From contig OZ257142.1 of the NCBI GenBank assembly GCA_965279035.1, forward strand, positions 2,464,001 to 2,528,000: a DNA stretch of 64,000 nucleotides. Direction: 5' to 3'. Each line of letters begins with the position of its first letter. The first letter of the stretch is position 1. This DNA comes from Bacteroidia bacterium. Lineage in GTDB: Bacteria; Bacteroidota; Bacteroidia; M30B66. This document shows, piece after piece, positions 63,003 through 64,000 of this stretch. The position numbers and the translations under genes were made by a program. A model generated the notes under the pieces. It did not search any database, was not told the DNA's origin, and saw only the letters and a list, made by a program, of their open reading frames with translations.

Positions 63003-64000
63003 ATGTTAGAAACTTCTTTGTCCCGAATTCAATGGACCTTTAGGGTGCTCTTAATGGCAATGCTTAGTACATGGCTGTTATCGAACAAAGTATGGATGAC
63101 TGATCGGAATTTCCCGGTTATTCCCATTATAGATGGACTACCTTCTTTACCATCTCCTATCGATTATATTTTTTATAGTATCCTCATTGTATTAGCTATT
63201 TATCAGATTATTTATCTCGAAAATAGAAATACAAAAATTGCCTTGATCGCACTTCTTGGTTTCATGATGATTGGTGATCAAATGCGTTGGCAGCCATACA
63301 ATGTGCAGTATTTCTTAATGATTGTTGGTTTGTTTTTTTATCCGAAATATACCGATGGATTAATCAATGTTTTCCGAATGATGGTGGTTGTATTTCTTGT
63401 ATTTAGTGGATTACAAGAATTAAATACTGTCTTTTTCGAATCGATTTTTCCGTGGATGGTTGCTCCTATTGCATCTATTTTTCCAGCCACAGTTGAACCT
63501 AATATTTTAGGTGGTGGATATATTTTTCCTTTTATAAGTATAGCTGCAGGAATCGGATTGCTTTTCGACAAAACGCGTGATTATGCAGTTTATGTAGGGA
63601 TGTTCGTAAATCTTTTTTACTTCTATGCCTTAAGTCCAATGGGGAACGATTGGAATCATGCCATCCTACCCTACAATATTGCCATGACTTTATTCACCTA
63701 CTTGCTTTTCTTTAAAAGTGAGTTTTCGATTAAAGACATTTTTTGGTCAAAATCTTTTCGCTATCAACAAATTGTATTTGTCTTTTTTGCCTGTATTCCG
63801 TTTTTAAGTTTATTCGGTTTGTATGATCGTATGCAAAGCTTTAATACCTATTCCGGGAAATCGCTTTATGCGAAAATCTATGTAACCGAATCGCTAGTTG
63901 AATTACTTCCTGATGGAGTAAAACGCTATGTATATCGTCCACCTCTTGGAGAACCATATATCGAAACTACGTATTGGTCGGCCGATGCACTTAAGGTTTC
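63003..64000 (+). CDS. Polytopic membrane protein (HTTM/DoxX-like), 3'-truncated by window edge
   Basis: Frame translated by hand from ATG 63003 to the end with no stop. DQMRWQPY, SGL..LN, WN..I.PYN, SFN.YSG; a -7 element TATTTTTG lies upstream. Confidence 0.75.
   Translation, partial: MLETSLSRIQWTFRVLLMAMLSTWLLSNKVWMTDRNFPVIPIIDGLPSLPSPIDYIFYSILIVLAIYQIIYLENRNTKIALIALLGFMMIGDQMRWQPYNVQYFLMIVGLFFYPKYTDGLINVFRMMVVVFLVFSGLQELNTVFFESIFPWMVAPIASIFPATVEPNILGGGYIFPFISIAAGIGLLFDKTRDYAVYVGMFVNLFYFYALSPMGNDWNHAILPYNIAMTLFTYLLFFKSEFSIKDIFWSKSFRYQQIVFVFFACIPFLSLFGLYDRMQSFNTYSGKSLYAKIYVTESLVELLPDGVKRYVYRPPLGEPYIETTYWSADALKV

Noticed and set aside
63338-63571. 77-aa minus-strand ORF
   Set aside because: Antisense to the long open plus-strand membrane protein starting at 63003.

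Overview
AT-rich Bacteroidota chromosomal segment, judged from T9SS C-terminal domains, TAnnTTTG promoters and the rpoZ-coaBC-DUF4835 and folP-cdaA-DUF1599-DoxX gene orders. It is mostly housekeeping (glmM, dapA, ligA, gpsA, cysteine desulfurase, pntAB, trxB, bamD, mqnB), with secreted T9SS cargo, a RES-Xre toxin-antitoxin pair and a DUF2779 nuclease. The best signal is an apparently intact IS110 element (about 18210-19423, minus strand). Its upstream non-coding end contains a readable bridge-RNA-like structure: four guide segments match the reconstructed target site and the circular donor junction. The element sits in an 8-bp-period intergenic repeat, shares only 1 nt of core with its target, and would form a Bacteroidota-type promoter on circularisation. 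Other observations are a 59-bp-period hairpin repeat array, several probably leaderless genes, a probable sulfonolipid cysteate acyltransferase, and an unannotated 42-aa membrane ORF in a PIG-L/sodium-symporter operon. No tRNA, rRNA or cas genes were recognised. Product calls come from motif recognition by eye, not from database searches.
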